A model generated the notes under the pieces. It had not been told where the DNA came from. It made no database searches and saw only the letters and a list, made by a program, of their open reading frames with translations. A stretch of 61,847 nucleotides of DNA. Origin: Patescibacteria group bacterium (lineage in GTDB: Bacteria; Patescibacteriota; Minisyncoccia; Phycocordibacterales; SBAW01). The stretch spans positions 1-61,847 of the forward strand of contig JAZKAA010000001.1 in NCBI GenBank assembly GCA_040389385.1, read 5' to 3'. The number at the start of each line of letters is the position of its first letter. The first letter of the stretch is position 1. This document shows positions 1-11,100 of the stretch, one piece after another. The translations under genes were made by a program, and so were the position numbers.

Positions 1-3000
1 GCCTTTCTGCCAACCAGATCGTCTACACCAACAACGCTAAGCAAGAGGTGAGTGTGGCCACCGGCACCGTTGCGGCAGGTACGGGCATCACCGTCACGGG
101 CAACCAGTACATCATCGGTTCGGGTCTTACCATTACTAACACCATTGGGTATCCGTTTGTGGGGAATGCCACCAACACACTCATTGCCTTTAACGGGGGG
201 CTCTCCAGTGCTTCCACCACCCTCACCGGCAACTTTGTCTTTGCCAACGCCACGGGGACTAATGCGACGACGACTAACTTTGCAGTAACCGGCACGGCGT
301 CCACCACCGCTCTTATAGTCTCCAACGCGGGCGGTGTGGCAGGATGCGCCACGTTTGACACTGTGGGCACCATCTCCAATACCCACACTGCTTGCGGTTC
401 GGGGAGCAGCAGCTATCCGTTTGCTCTCACCGGCAACGCCACCTCAACTCTGACCCAATTCAATGGGGGACTGACTGCCTACGCGTCAACGACAATTGGC
501 TCCGGCACACAAATAGGTGGGCTCACTATCAGCGGCGGTGCGACCACTACGGGCAACTCGTATTTGGCGGGTAACGTAGGCATTGGGACACAGCCGGACG
601 CAGTCGGCGCGCTCAACGTCGGTGGTGCGGTCAATCTCACCATGCAGACCAATGCGTTTAACACTACAAGCATTTACACAGCCCTTGTCATAGGCTCTAC
701 CACCGGTGCGTCGGCTGGCAACGGAGGTCTCTACGCGATAGGTCGCTTCAACAAAGCAAACGAGCCATTTGCTGCACTCTCAGGCTGGGATGACGCAAGC
801 AACCGCCAGCTCTATTTCGGCGGCGGCGGGTGGCAAACGCCGGAGGCTACCGAGCAGTTCTTCTATACCGCGACTACATACAACGAAAATAACAATGCAG
901 CGCTTAAACGTGGCTACCTTGCCGCCGACGGCAGCGTCTACTGGGGCGGTTCGATCACTGCGACACACGGCGGCACCGGCGCCACCCTCTCGATACTCGG
1001 CACAGGCAACGTCGGCGTTGGCACCACCTCACCGCTTGCGCTTCTTACCGTAGCAACTCCGCCAGGTGCGACAGGATCTGTCGGCAATCTTTTCATGGTC
1101 GCCTCCTCAACTCCGACCGCGACGACAACCCTCTTTAGCGTCTCTAACACCGGCTCCACCACGCTCTTCCAGATCCCCAGCGCTCTCCTTACTACCAATG
1201 CCGCTGGCACTATAGTGGGTACATCAAGCCTGGGCGTAGCCTACGGCGGCACCGGCTCTACCACTTTGGGCGCCATTTTGGCCGGCGGCGGCTCCTCTAT
1301 ATATAGTGTCGCCACCGGCACCGTAGCAGCAGGCACCGGCATCACCGTTACCGGCAACCAGTACATCATCGGCTCGGGCCTCACCATCACCAACACCATC
1401 GGGTATCCCTTCACCGCCACCAACAACGCCACGGGTACTCTTACCCAGTTCAACGGGGGACTGACCGCGTTTGCCAGCAGCACCATCGGTAATGGCACGG
1501 CAGGCCTCACCATCTCGGGTAACTCCACCACCACTGGCAACTCATACTTTGCAAGCAACGTGGGTATTGGCACTACCTCACCATTTGCCAGACTTTCCAT
1601 CCACGCCAACAACGGCGATACGGCGACAACTCTCTTTGCTATCGGGTCTTCAACCGCTACCGCCACCACCACGCTGTTTAGTATCCTAAACACCGGCAAC
1701 GTTGGTATCGGCACGTCTTCTCCCTTTGCCGCCCTGTCCATCTATGCAACAGCCTCCTCCACCAACAGAACGCTCTTTGCCATAGCCTCGACCTCTAACG
1801 TTGCGGGTGTATTTTCCACCTCGACACTCTTCTCCATTTCGAACATTGGAGTAATCAACACGAACCCTTCCGGAACAACCTCCGTGCTTACAATGAATGG
1901 TCAGAATTTCCTTACCGGTTCATTAAGGGTTGGTGGTTTCGGGTCTGTTTATCTTGGTGTCGACGCGGGTGCTTCCGACCCCGGCCCAACCGGAAACGTA
2001 TTTTCAAACGTCGGCATCGGCTATCAGGCACTTACTGCGGTAACTGGTATTGGGGGAGCAGGAGGGACTGAAAACGTTGCCATTGGTTCTGGGGTCCTCG
2101 GTAATCTCACGGGCACTACCGGCGGTGGCAATTCCAATGTGGCCATCGGCGACGGAGCATTGGGGTCTGCCACAGGAGCAGACGGTAATTCCAGCCATGA
2201 TTCCAATAATGTCGCGGTAGGCATCTCAGCTTTGAGCATCAATAAGGGAGGGTCGGACAATACAGCGGTGGGCCTCATCGCATTAAAATTAAATATCACA
2301 GGCAACGAGAATGTCGCCATTGGGGAGGGTGCAAGCCAAAACAACCTCTCTGCCACCTCGACAGTGGCAATCGGACTAAATGCGGCTGCTGGTGGTGACT
2401 TTATAAACCACTATAACGCGCAAGGGTACACTGTTGTGGGATATCAGGCAGGGGCAAGTATAAGGACCGGTAGTGACTATAATACCCTCATCGGCTATAA
2501 GGCAGGCTCTTCTGTTACCACCGGCTTTGCCAACCTTGTTCTCGGCACCTCACAGACGGCAAGCAACCTCACAACCGGCTCCGGCAACATCCTTATCGGC
2601 AACAATGCATTTGCCACCACGTCGGGCTCGGGTAATGGTCTCAACATTGGCGGCCTTGTCTTTGGCCAGTTGCCCGCCACTTCGACCGCGTTTAAACTCC
2701 CGACATCGGGTAGCGTTGGTGTCGGCACCTCGTCGCCCTTTGCCAAGTTCTCCATCCACTCAAACAACGGCGACACCGCGACCACGCTCTTTGCGATCGG
2801 GTCCTCGACCGCAAGTGCCACCACAACACTCTTTAGCATCTCCAACACCGGCACCATCCATACAAGTCTAGTTAGCTGCGATACGATCGACGCGGACTCC
2901 AACGGCAACTTGCTCTGCGGTACCGACCAGACTTCTACTGGCGCGGCTAATCCGTTTACGTGGTCTACAAACTACAACGTCGTTACGGCAGCTACCTCCT

Positions 3001-6000
3001 CTGCCATCTGGGCACAGTCCGGCATCTTTGCCTCCTCCACCTCGCACTTTGTCTCGGCAGACTTTTCTACAGGTGCGACATCGAGCGCCTTCGCCATCTC
3101 AAACATTGCCTCGGGCAATATTCTCAAAACCACTACGGGAGGCTCACTGGTTGCTGCAGTAGCAGGCTCTGACTACATCACTGGTGCGGGACTTGCGGCA
3201 GCCTTTCCATTCACCGCAACCACCAACTTTGGCACTACCGCCAACTCCACCTCGACCGCCATCTGGTTCCAAAATGGCCTGCAGGCGTCATCAACCGCGC
3301 GCCTCTCTGATATCTCGACCATTGGTATCCTCAACTTTGCCTCGACCACCTTCAACGCCTCCTCTACCTTGATAAGCATCAATGGTCAGAGCTTCCTCTC
3401 TGCATCTACCTCGGCAACAGTACGAAATCTCTTTTTGGGGCTTAGTGCAGGGTCAAATGTCCGTAGCTCCACCAACTCCACAGGTATAGGATATAAGGCC
3501 CTCTTTAACGCGACCTCCTCCTCTGCAGTCAATAACACCGCTCTCGGTGCCGAAGCCCTCGCGGGGAATGCCAACGACTCGAGCGGGGGATATAACACGG
3601 CTGTTGGAACTTTTGCACTCCACTCAAACTCAAGCGGCAGCACTAACACAGCCATAGGAGCCGGAGCCCTGCAGTTTAATTCAAGCGGGGCAAATACTAC
3701 CGCCCTAGGCGCTTTCGCGGGTGGTCAATCAGGTGGTTCAAACGATACATTTGTCGGTGCAGGTACCGCGCTACTCAGCTTTGGTGATAGGAGCACAGCT
3801 GTAGGAGCAGCCGCTTTGTATGGCGACTATGGTGAGGGCGCACCCAATACAGGCGCCGGGCCGGACAACACTGCAATTGGGTACTCCGCGGGAGGCTTTA
3901 TAGACGGCGGCTATGGTAACACAACGCTGGGCTCTTACGCAGGGCAAAATGTCATCACCGGGTATAACAACATACTTGTTGGCTACAATACACTTGCCAC
4001 CTCATCGACGGCAGTCAACACGCTCAACATCGGCAACTTTATCTTCGGCAATTTGCCGGCCACGACCTCGTCGGCCACCAAAAAACTGACGCTACCGACG
4101 ACCGGCTCGCTCGGCGTCGGCACCTCGTCGCCCTTCGCCAAGTTCTCCATCCACTCCAACAACGGCGACACGGCGACAACACTCTTTGCTATAGGGTCCT
4201 CGACTGCGTCGGCAACGACGACACTCTTTGCTATCACCAACACCGGCACTATCGACACGGCCCTCACCACGGGCTGCGTGCAGTCCGACTCCTCGGGCAT
4301 CTTGAGCTCTACCGGTGTTGCCTGCGGTTCCGGCGGCGGTAGCTATCCTTTTGCTCTCACCGGCAATGCAACCTCCACCTTGACCCAATTTAATGGGGGA
4401 CTCACCGCCTTTGCGTCCTCCACCATCGGCAACGGCACGCAAACGGGCGGGCTTACCATCAGCGGCGGGGCGACAACGACGGCGACTTCGACACTCGCTG
4501 GACTCATAGTAAACAGCGGCAATGTCGGCATCGGCACTGCGTCCCCACAATCAGCATTAGAGATTGACGACAACAGCGGTGGTAGCCCGCATTATCTACT
4601 ACGATTGGTTAATACCTTTGTAGGGGGAGGCCCTCAGGAAGGAATATTGTTTTATGGACCAAATAGTACAAACCCCGCAGACAGGAACTGGGCGAATAAT
4701 ACTAATGTCAACCAAGAGGGCGACTTTGCGATATTTAGCTCCGCTGACAACACCAGCCTCCCCGTTTCGTCGAGCGGCACAAAATTGGAGATATTGAGTA
4801 ATGGTAATGTCGGTTTAAATAACGACAGAAATCCGGGAGTTACACTTTCTGTGGCATCCGGCAACGCCCAAATCGGTTATGCAGCAGGGCAGACAGCCCC
4901 GTCGAATGGTTTGATAGTCAGCGGCAGCCTCGGTGTCGGCACCTCGACGCCGTGGGGCAAGTTCTCTATCAATAACTCCACGAGCGACACAGGCGGTCAG
5001 CCGCTGTTTGTGGTTGCATCGAGCACCGCCACGGCCACGACGACCCTGTTTAGCATCAGCAACACCGGCTCGGTACTTATTGGGACGAGCACTAATACAA
5101 CACTCTCCGCAACCAACCCTGCCTTTGTTACTATCGATTCCGGCACTGCAACGTCAGAAGAGGGCCTTGCGGTCTTGGGCAATGTCAACGACTTTTATGA
5201 GATGAACGTCAAAAATCTTTCAAGCGGTTCGGCCGCGCAGTCGTGCGTCACCGCCACCGGCAACACCGGCACGCTCACCACCAACTTCCTCTCCGGTTGC
5301 GTCAACAGCACCACCTTTAATAACCCGCAGCCATACAACGCGGGCTTTGCCGGCGACTCCAACCTTATCTCCCTGGCCAACAACTTTTATCTCGCGCAGG
5401 GCACTTCGGGCAAAAATACCTTCATCCTCAACGGCGGGGTGGGGACATCTTCAATTGCTATAGCTATCTCGAGCACCAACAACAATGTCGGCATCGGCAC
5501 TACCTCGCCGTTTGCCAAGTTCAGCATCCAGGCCACGAGTACCGAAACAAACACGACACTCTTTGCTATCGCTTCTTCAACTGCGTCGGCAACCACGACA
5601 CTGTTTAGTGTCAGCAACACGGGCACTATTAATCTCAAGCTGGACGCATCGACTTCCACACTCGCCACCTTTGCGGGTCAAACCTTCCTCACCGCGTCAA
5701 CCACGGGCTTTAACACAGGGCTGGGCCTTAACAGCTTGTCCAAGACAACAAGCGGTTCCCAAAACGTCGGGCTTGGGTATTCTGCACTCGGCCAACTTAC
5801 GACTGGGACACAAAATACTGCGATTGGTAGCGGAGCACTTAGCGGCAGTGCAATAAGTGGAAGCAATAACACAGCGGTCGGCTACAATTCGATGGCGACG
5901 GCGAATTCAGGTAACGCAGACAACACTACTCTCGGCAGTGTTACAGGTCAAAATATTTTCGGTAGCCGCAATATAGTTATCGGCTCGAACGCAGGATTTG

Positions 6001-7997
6001 ATCTCAACGCCGCTAGTGGCAACATAGTTATAGGCGCATACGTTGATGCGGCCAATAACAATGCTAACGCGCAGCTCAATGTTGGAAATGTGCTCTTTGG
6101 CACCGGGCTCTATAACAGCACCACGGCCTCGGGTGCGGCTGTTACCAACGGCAACTTGGGCGTCGGTACGTCATCACCCTTTGCGCAGTTTTCTATCCAC
6201 GGCATCAACGGTAGTACCAACACGACGCTCTTTGCTGTCGCCTCCTCAACCGCCACGGCCACCTCGACACTCTTCTCTATAACAAATACCGGCAGCGTTG
6301 CGCTCGGCACCTCTACACCGTGGGCCTTGTTCTCTCTACAGGCGTCCACAACCAACATGATTGCAGGTCAGCCGCTCTTTGTGGTTGCATCCTCGAGCGT
6401 TAGTGGCAGCAGCGTCGCCACGCTCTTTAAGATAGACAATATAGGCAACGTGGGTATCAGCTCCACTTCACCAAACACGCTGCTTTCCGTCGGAGGCAAC
6501 GCTTACTTTGGGACCGGCACCGGGTCGACGCTTACCTTCCACGCAGGCACCATCAACTACCCCGTAACATCAACATCCACGATACTCAATCAGGCCAACA
6601 GCTTCTCCATCGCCACCTCGACCGCCGCAGGCAACGGCCCTGTCTTCTCCATCTCCGGCAACGGCGCAACGTCAACGATTATGTTCTTTGGTGCGACGTC
6701 TACGCTGCTCAACGTCGGCGGTGCGAGCGGCGTTACCGGTGCTGCTGCGACATTGCGCAACTACCTCATAGTCGGCGACGGCAAGACCAACGCTTCAGTC
6801 GCTATAGTCAAAGGCTCGCTCTGTGTCGACAGTGACGGATGGTGCGTCGCGTCAACGACACAGGCTGGCGGCGGCGGTGGCTCGATAGCCGCGCGCGACT
6901 CGGTGCGTGTGGGCAATACCGACTTGGCCGAAATGTACGTCTCTTCTACGACGCTCAACAAAGGTGACATCATTGCTACCGACGGAGGCTTTGCTATCAG
7001 GGCTGCACAGGGCGACACCAAACACAAAGTCATCGGTATTATATCCAGCGACCCGGGACTCGTGCTTGGCGCAGCGCCCGACGACGACGGCAGAAACAAA
7101 TATCCGGTAGGCTTGGCGGGACGCGTACCGGTCAATGTGTCGCTGCAAAATGGCCCGATTGCCGTGGGCGACCGTATTACACTTTCCTCTACGCCGGGCG
7201 TCGGTATGAAGGCAGGTCCGTTTGACGCCTCGGTGGGTATCGCGCTCGAGGCATACGACGGCACGGCGACCAGCAGCGTGCTCGCCTTCCTTACCCTGCA
7301 GCAGGGGACTGATATTGCGGCTATTTCGCAAGCGTTGCTCGGCACCACTACTCCCACGAGCACGCCGGCGTACGTCTCGGCCAGCATCCTTGGCTCGGCC
7401 AGCGACGCACTGCGCTCGGTGCTCGACGATACTTTGGCGGGCTTTGCCTTGCTCGGCCAAAAGGGCGTGCGCATGATGGGTGATGTGATGGCTGCGAGCG
7501 TGGGTATATTTGACAAGGTGTTTGCCTCGCATGTGTACGCCGACACGGTTACTGCCCACACGTTGTGCTTGGGCGATACCTGCGTCGACGAGCAACAACT
7601 CAAGGGCCTGCTCAACGCAACCAGCACACCGCAGCCCGACCCGGTAATGTCTGACCCGACACCTGTTATAGAAATAAATGGCAATAACCCGGCATATGTA
7701 CCGCTCCATGCCAGCTACAGCGACCTGGGCGCCATTATCACCGGCCCGACAGACGCAGACCGCAACTTGGGAATCAGCCTTTTGCTGGATGGGGTAGCGG
7801 TACCCTCTATATATATAGACACCGCCACCACAAGTGAGTACTGGGTAACCTACCGTGCGACCAACCAAGGGGGGTTTGTCGGCGAGGCACGCCGCAAAGT
7901 AGTGGTGTATGACCCCAACTTTGGTCAGCCGGACATGGGTACGGCAACCTCGACGGACCCCGGCGACACATCAACCAGTACACCTCCTACGCCATAA
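1..7997 (+). CDS. Giant repetitive cell-surface/adhesin-like protein, 5'-partial (>2649 aa)
   Basis: The frame of the GTG at 48 stays open back to the window edge and ends at TAA 7995-7997. It has at least 8 copies of a ~50-aa module (G-N/S-V/L-G-I/V-G-T-T/S-S-P-F-A-K/R-F/L-S-I ... TTLFAI.SST..ATTTLFS-I/V-SNTG). Three blocks of N-x-A-I/V-G-x-x-A-L repeats look like Hep_Hag/YadA-head repeats. Composition is Thr/Ser/Gly/Ala-rich. The C-terminus resembles a tail fibre (see findings). Confidence 0.85.
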   Translation, partial: LSANQIVYTNNAKQEVSVATGTVAAGTGITVTGNQYIIGSGLTITNTIGYPFVGNATNTLIAFNGGLSSASTTLTGNFVFANATGTNATTTNFAVTGTASTTALIVSNAGGVAGCATFDTVGTISNTHTACGSGSSSYPFALTGNATSTLTQFNGGLTAYASTTIGSGTQIGGLTISGGATTTGNSYLAGNVGIGTQPDAVGALNVGGAVNLTMQTNAFNTTSIYTALVIGSTTGASAGNGGLYAIGRFNKANEPFAALSGWDDASNRQLYFGGGGWQTPEATEQFFYTATTYNENNNAALKRGYLAADGSVYWGGSITATHGGTGATLSILGTGNVGVGTTSPLALLTVATPPGATGSVGNLFMVASSTPTATTTLFSVSNTGSTTLFQIPSALLTTNAAGTIVGTSSLGVAYGGTGSTTLGAILAGGGSSIYSVATGTVAAGTGITVTGNQYIIGSGLTITNTIGYPFTATNNATGTLTQFNGGLTAFASSTIGNGTAGLTISGNSTTTGNSYFASNVGIGTTSPFARLSIHANNGDTATTLFAIGSSTATATTTLFSILNTGNVGIGTSSPFAALSIYATASSTNRTLFAIASTSNVAGVFSTSTLFSISNIGVINTNPSGTTSVLTMNGQNFLTGSLRVGGFGSVYLGVDAGASDPGPTGNVFSNVGIGYQALTAVTGIGGAGGTENVAIGSGVLGNLTGTTGGGNSNVAIGDGALGSATGADGNSSHDSNNVAVGISALSINKGGSDNTAVGLIALKLNITGNENVAIGEGASQNNLSATSTVAIGLNAAAGGDFINHYNAQGYTVVGYQAGASIRTGSDYNTLIGYKAGSSVTTGFANLVLGTSQTASNLTTGSGNILIGNNAFATTSGSGNGLNIGGLVFGQLPATSTAFKLPTSGSVGVGTSSPFAKFSIHSNNGDTATTLFAIGSSTASATTTLFSISNTGTIHTSLVSCDTIDADSNGNLLCGTDQTSTGAANPFTWSTNYNVVTAATSSAIWAQSGIFASSTSHFVSADFSTGATSSAFAISNIASGNILKTTTGGSLVAAVAGSDYITGAGLAAAFPFTATTNFGTTANSTSTAIWFQNGLQASSTARLSDISTIGILNFASTTFNASSTLISINGQSFLSASTSATVRNLFLGLSAGSNVRSSTNSTGIGYKALFNATSSSAVNNTALGAEALAGNANDSSGGYNTAVGTFALHSNSSGSTNTAIGAGALQFNSSGANTTALGAFAGGQSGGSNDTFVGAGTALLSFGDRSTAVGAAALYGDYGEGAPNTGAGPDNTAIGYSAGGFIDGGYGNTTLGSYAGQNVITGYNNILVGYNTLATSSTAVNTLNIGNFIFGNLPATTSSATKKLTLPTTGSLGVGTSSPFAKFSIHSNNGDTATTLFAIGSSTASATTTLFAITNTGTIDTALTTGCVQSDSSGILSSTGVACGSGGGSYPFALTGNATSTLTQFNGGLTAFASSTIGNGTQTGGLTISGGATTTATSTLAGLIVNSGNVGIGTASPQSALEIDDNSGGSPHYLLRLVNTFVGGGPQEGILFYGPNSTNPADRNWANNTNVNQEGDFAIFSSADNTSLPVSSSGTKLEILSNGNVGLNNDRNPGVTLSVASGNAQIGYAAGQTAPSNGLIVSGSLGVGTSTPWGKFSINNSTSDTGGQPLFVVASSTATATTTLFSISNTGSVLIGTSTNTTLSATNPAFVTIDSGTATSEEGLAVLGNVNDFYEMNVKNLSSGSAAQSCVTATGNTGTLTTNFLSGCVNSTTFNNPQPYNAGFAGDSNLISLANNFYLAQGTSGKNTFILNGGVGTSSIAIAISSTNNNVGIGTTSPFAKFSIQATSTETNTTLFAIASSTASATTTLFSVSNTGTINLKLDASTSTLATFAGQTFLTASTTGFNTGLGLNSLSKTTSGSQNVGLGYSALGQLTTGTQNTAIGSGALSGSAISGSNNTAVGYNSMATANSGNADNTTLGSVTGQNIFGSRNIVIGSNAGFDLNAASGNIVIGAYVDAANNNANAQLNVGNVLFGTGLYNSTTASGAAVTNGNLGVGTSSPFAQFSIHGINGSTNTTLFAVASSTATATSTLFSITNTGSVALGTSTPWALFSLQASTTNMIAGQPLFVVASSSVSGSSVATLFKIDNIGNVGISSTSPNTLLSVGGNAYFGTGTGSTLTFHAGTINYPVTSTSTILNQANSFSIATSTAAGNGPVFSISGNGATSTIMFFGATSTLLNVGGASGVTGAAATLRNYLIVGDGKTNASVAIVKGSLCVDSDGWCVASTTQAGGGGGSIAARDSVRVGNTDLAEMYVSSTTLNKGDIIATDGGFAIRAAQGDTKHKVIGIISSDPGLVLGAAPDDDGRNKYPVGLAGRVPVNVSLQNGPIAVGDRITLSSTPGVGMKAGPFDASVGIALEAYDGTATSSVLAFLTLQQGTDIAAISQALLGTTTPTSTPAYVSASILGSASDALRSVLDDTLAGFALLGQKGVRMMGDVMAASVGIFDKVFASHVYADTVTAHTLCLGDTCVDEQQLKGLLNATSTPQPDPVMSDPTPVIEINGNNPAYVPLHASYSDLGAIITGPTDADRNLGISLLLDGVAVPSIYIDTATTSEYWVTYRATNQGGFVGEARRKVVVYDPNFGQPDMGTATSTDPGDTSTSTPPTP

Positions 7998-8188
7998 AAC
8001 GTTGTGGTAATTGAACATCTCGGCTAAGCGAGGCATTATTTTTTTGCAATGATAAAGTTAAGTCCACCCACCTCCTTGAGTTTTTTTGGTTGCTTGGGAC
8101 TCCACCTACGACCCTGCACAACAGAGTGCCAATCTGAAATGAAAGCCAATTGAGTTAGTCACACTTTGGCCATATATAGAGCCGCCAT

Positions 8189-11100
8189 ATGGCTTTACCG
8201 CGGTACAATTTAGCTAAGCAGCACATGATTTTTTTAAAGCACTTACATAAGCTCACGCGCCGGGAGTTACATACTCTTGGCGGCTTGTGCGCCGGCACCT
8301 CTTTTTTGTTGTTTGTTGCGTTGGGTATATCGGGCAACTTTCCTAATCTGCCGGAGTCGTTAAAACTTGTGCTCAGTCAACAAGGAAACGCGCAAACGGC
8401 TACGGTATATAACAGCAGCACAAGCTACACAGTGCCGCCGGGCGTAACCAGCGTATATGTGCAGGTATACGGCGCCGGCGGAGGAAACGATTACAGCAGC
8501 ACGTTTGCGGGTTCGTGTGGCGGCTACGGCGTATACATTAACGGCAACGGTCCCGGCGCCTCCGGTGGCTACACCAATGGGATGATACCCGTCACTCCGG
8601 GCCAGGTGCTTAGCGTTGTTGTCGGTACGGTCAATGGGGGAGGTGCGCCCGGTGCCGGTCCGGGCTACGGCGGCGGGTACTCGGGCGTGTTTGACGGTAA
8701 CCCACAACAGTCGACTGCGCTCATGGTGGCCGGCGGCGGCGGCGGCGCGGGTAGGTATGTGGTGATAGCAAACTATGCCGGATACTGCGGTATCGGAAAT
8801 GCCGCCGGATCGGCTCCCGGCGCAGGAGGAGGAGCAAACGGTGCGGGTACCGGGGTGCTGACGGGCGGCGGCGCAGGCGGATATGGTGGAGGTGGTGGTG
8901 CCGGCTACTATGGAGGTGCGGGCGGTCAGAGTAGCGGCACAAACGGCAGCGGCGGCGCAGGTGGCTCCGGCTATTGCGCGCCAAGCCTCGCCAACTGCAC
9001 AACATCCTCAGGTGGCGGCGCGGGAGCGGCCGGCACTGGCTCGGTATCCATTGTGCCAAGTACCGCAGTGCTCAGCATTTCGGCCACGCCGCAGTCGGTC
9101 GCTGCGGGCGGTACCTCCAACATCGCGTGGAATGCGACCGGCGTCGTTGCCAATAGCTGCACTATCTCAAGCGGACAAGGCCCGCTTGGCTCGCAGGGTC
9201 TCGGCACTGACGTCTCGGGCAATGGCAGCCACTTTGCACTTGGGAACATCAGCGCCCAGGACCAGGTGAGCGATACACCCACCAACAGCTTTGCGACGCT
9301 CAACCAAATATATTACTCCATACAGACCTACTCCAAAGGCACCGTGCAAGACGCGGGCCTCGCGGCTAATGGCGGCTATGGCGCCGCTACCGGCTGGCAG
9401 CTTACCTCGGGCAAGTGGTATTGGGAGTATGCAGTGCAGCCGGGTGCTAAATCCGGCGGCTGGCCAATAGTGGGAGTATTTAAAGACACCACGAGCGGCT
9501 CAGCATATCGGTTGTATCCAGGGCATAACAATGACGACGGCATAGGCTACGGCGCTGACGGGACTACCTACTTTGACACCGGAAGCCGCGGTACGCTTGC
9601 ATCCTTTACCGCTGGTGACGTCATCGGCGTCGCTTACGATGCCGACACGGGCAAGGTCTACTTTTCTAAAAACGGGACGTGGCAAAACAGCGGCAACCCT
9701 ACGGCCGGCACAGGCTATCTCGCGATTGTAAAAGGCGGTTACCCGGGCCTTTCGAGTTATTACGGTAAGACGATAGTTAACTTTGGGCAACTCGCCGCCG
9801 TAACCTCCGCCCGCGTCTATTCTATCCCCGGCATCTACGCCTACGCGGTTCCGGTGGGCTACTCATCTATTACAGTGTCGGTCGCGGGAGCGGGCGGCGG
9901 CGGCACGGGTGGTACCGCCAAAATCAACTGCGACAAGTACAACAATTGCGTTTACCAGCCGGGGTCAGCTGGCGCCGGGGGTACCGCTAGCGCCTTTTAC
10001 GCCACGAACGCCTCCGGCGGCGGGGGAGGCGGCGTCAACGGCGGCGCAAGCGGCGGCGACACCAACACGGTCGCCGGTGGCGCGTCCGGCGGTGCCGGCG
10101 GTGCCGGTAGCGGCGGCACCGGGGGCGTCGGCGGCAATGGCGGCTTGGCCGTTAAAACCTACGGAGTGGGAGTTTTGTCCGGCAATATACAGGTTGTCGT
10201 AGGTTCCGGCGGTGCGGGTGGCGGTGGCGCTTGCAATGCTAAAGACAAATACAACAATTGCATTGGCTATGAGCCAGCGGGAGCCGCGGGTGCCAATGGC
10301 GCAGTCACCATCCAAGCCACGGGAGCACCCACCACCGGGGGAGGAAACTTTTACTTCCCGCCGCCGAGCGGGTACAACGCGATTTCGACCGCCAACTTGC
10401 CCGCGCCGGCGGTGGCCCAGCCTGCAAACTACTTTGGCGCCACCACCTACACCGGCACCGGCCAGAGCCCGCAGACTGTCGGCGGGCTTAACTTTGCTCC
10501 TGACCTGGTCTGGATTAAAAATCGCGCCGGTGCCTTTTGGAACACGCTCTCCGACACAACCCGCGGACCAAACAGCGACCTCTTTAGCAACAGCACTAGC
10601 GCGGCCACACCCAATGACGCCAACGGCTGGCTAAGCTCCTTTAGTACCAACTCGTTTGCAGTCGGGGGGCAGTGCAGCGCACTCTCCGGCAACACTAACC
10701 TCATCGGCAACAATTATATTTCCTGGGCGTGGAAAAAGTCTCCCACAAGCGGCATGGACATTGTCTCCTATACCGGCGACGGCACGAGCAACCGGAGCAT
10801 CGCCCACGCGCTCGGCACGACGCCCGACTTTATTATGGTGAAGCGTACCGACAACACCGGCGATTGGTTTGTATGGAGCTCGGCCATGGGCTCAAACAAC
10901 TACCTCAAGCTCAATACCCAGGACGCGGCCAGCACCGTCAACTCGCCGTGGGGCGTGGCGACGATGAGCACGACCAACTTTACGGTCACGGCAAACGCGA
11001 CCAACAACGCCAACCTCGCGGGCGCCAATTATGTAGCCTATCTCTTTAGCAATCGCGACGGCTTCCAAAAAAGCGGCAGCTACGTCGGCAACGGCACCGC

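Noticed and set aside
6761-7868. 307-aa and 338-aa minus-strand ORFs inside the 3' part of giant ORF1
   Set aside because: Both are antisense shadows. The plus frame is continuous with 7.9 kb of repeat-structured coding sequence and carries recognisable C-terminal domains.
8721-10634. Multiple 60-140-aa ORFs in alternative frames within the glycine-rich parts of giant ORF2
   Set aside because: GGC/GCC-rich repeats keep all frames open. The peptides are Arg/Pro/Ala strings without start-site support.
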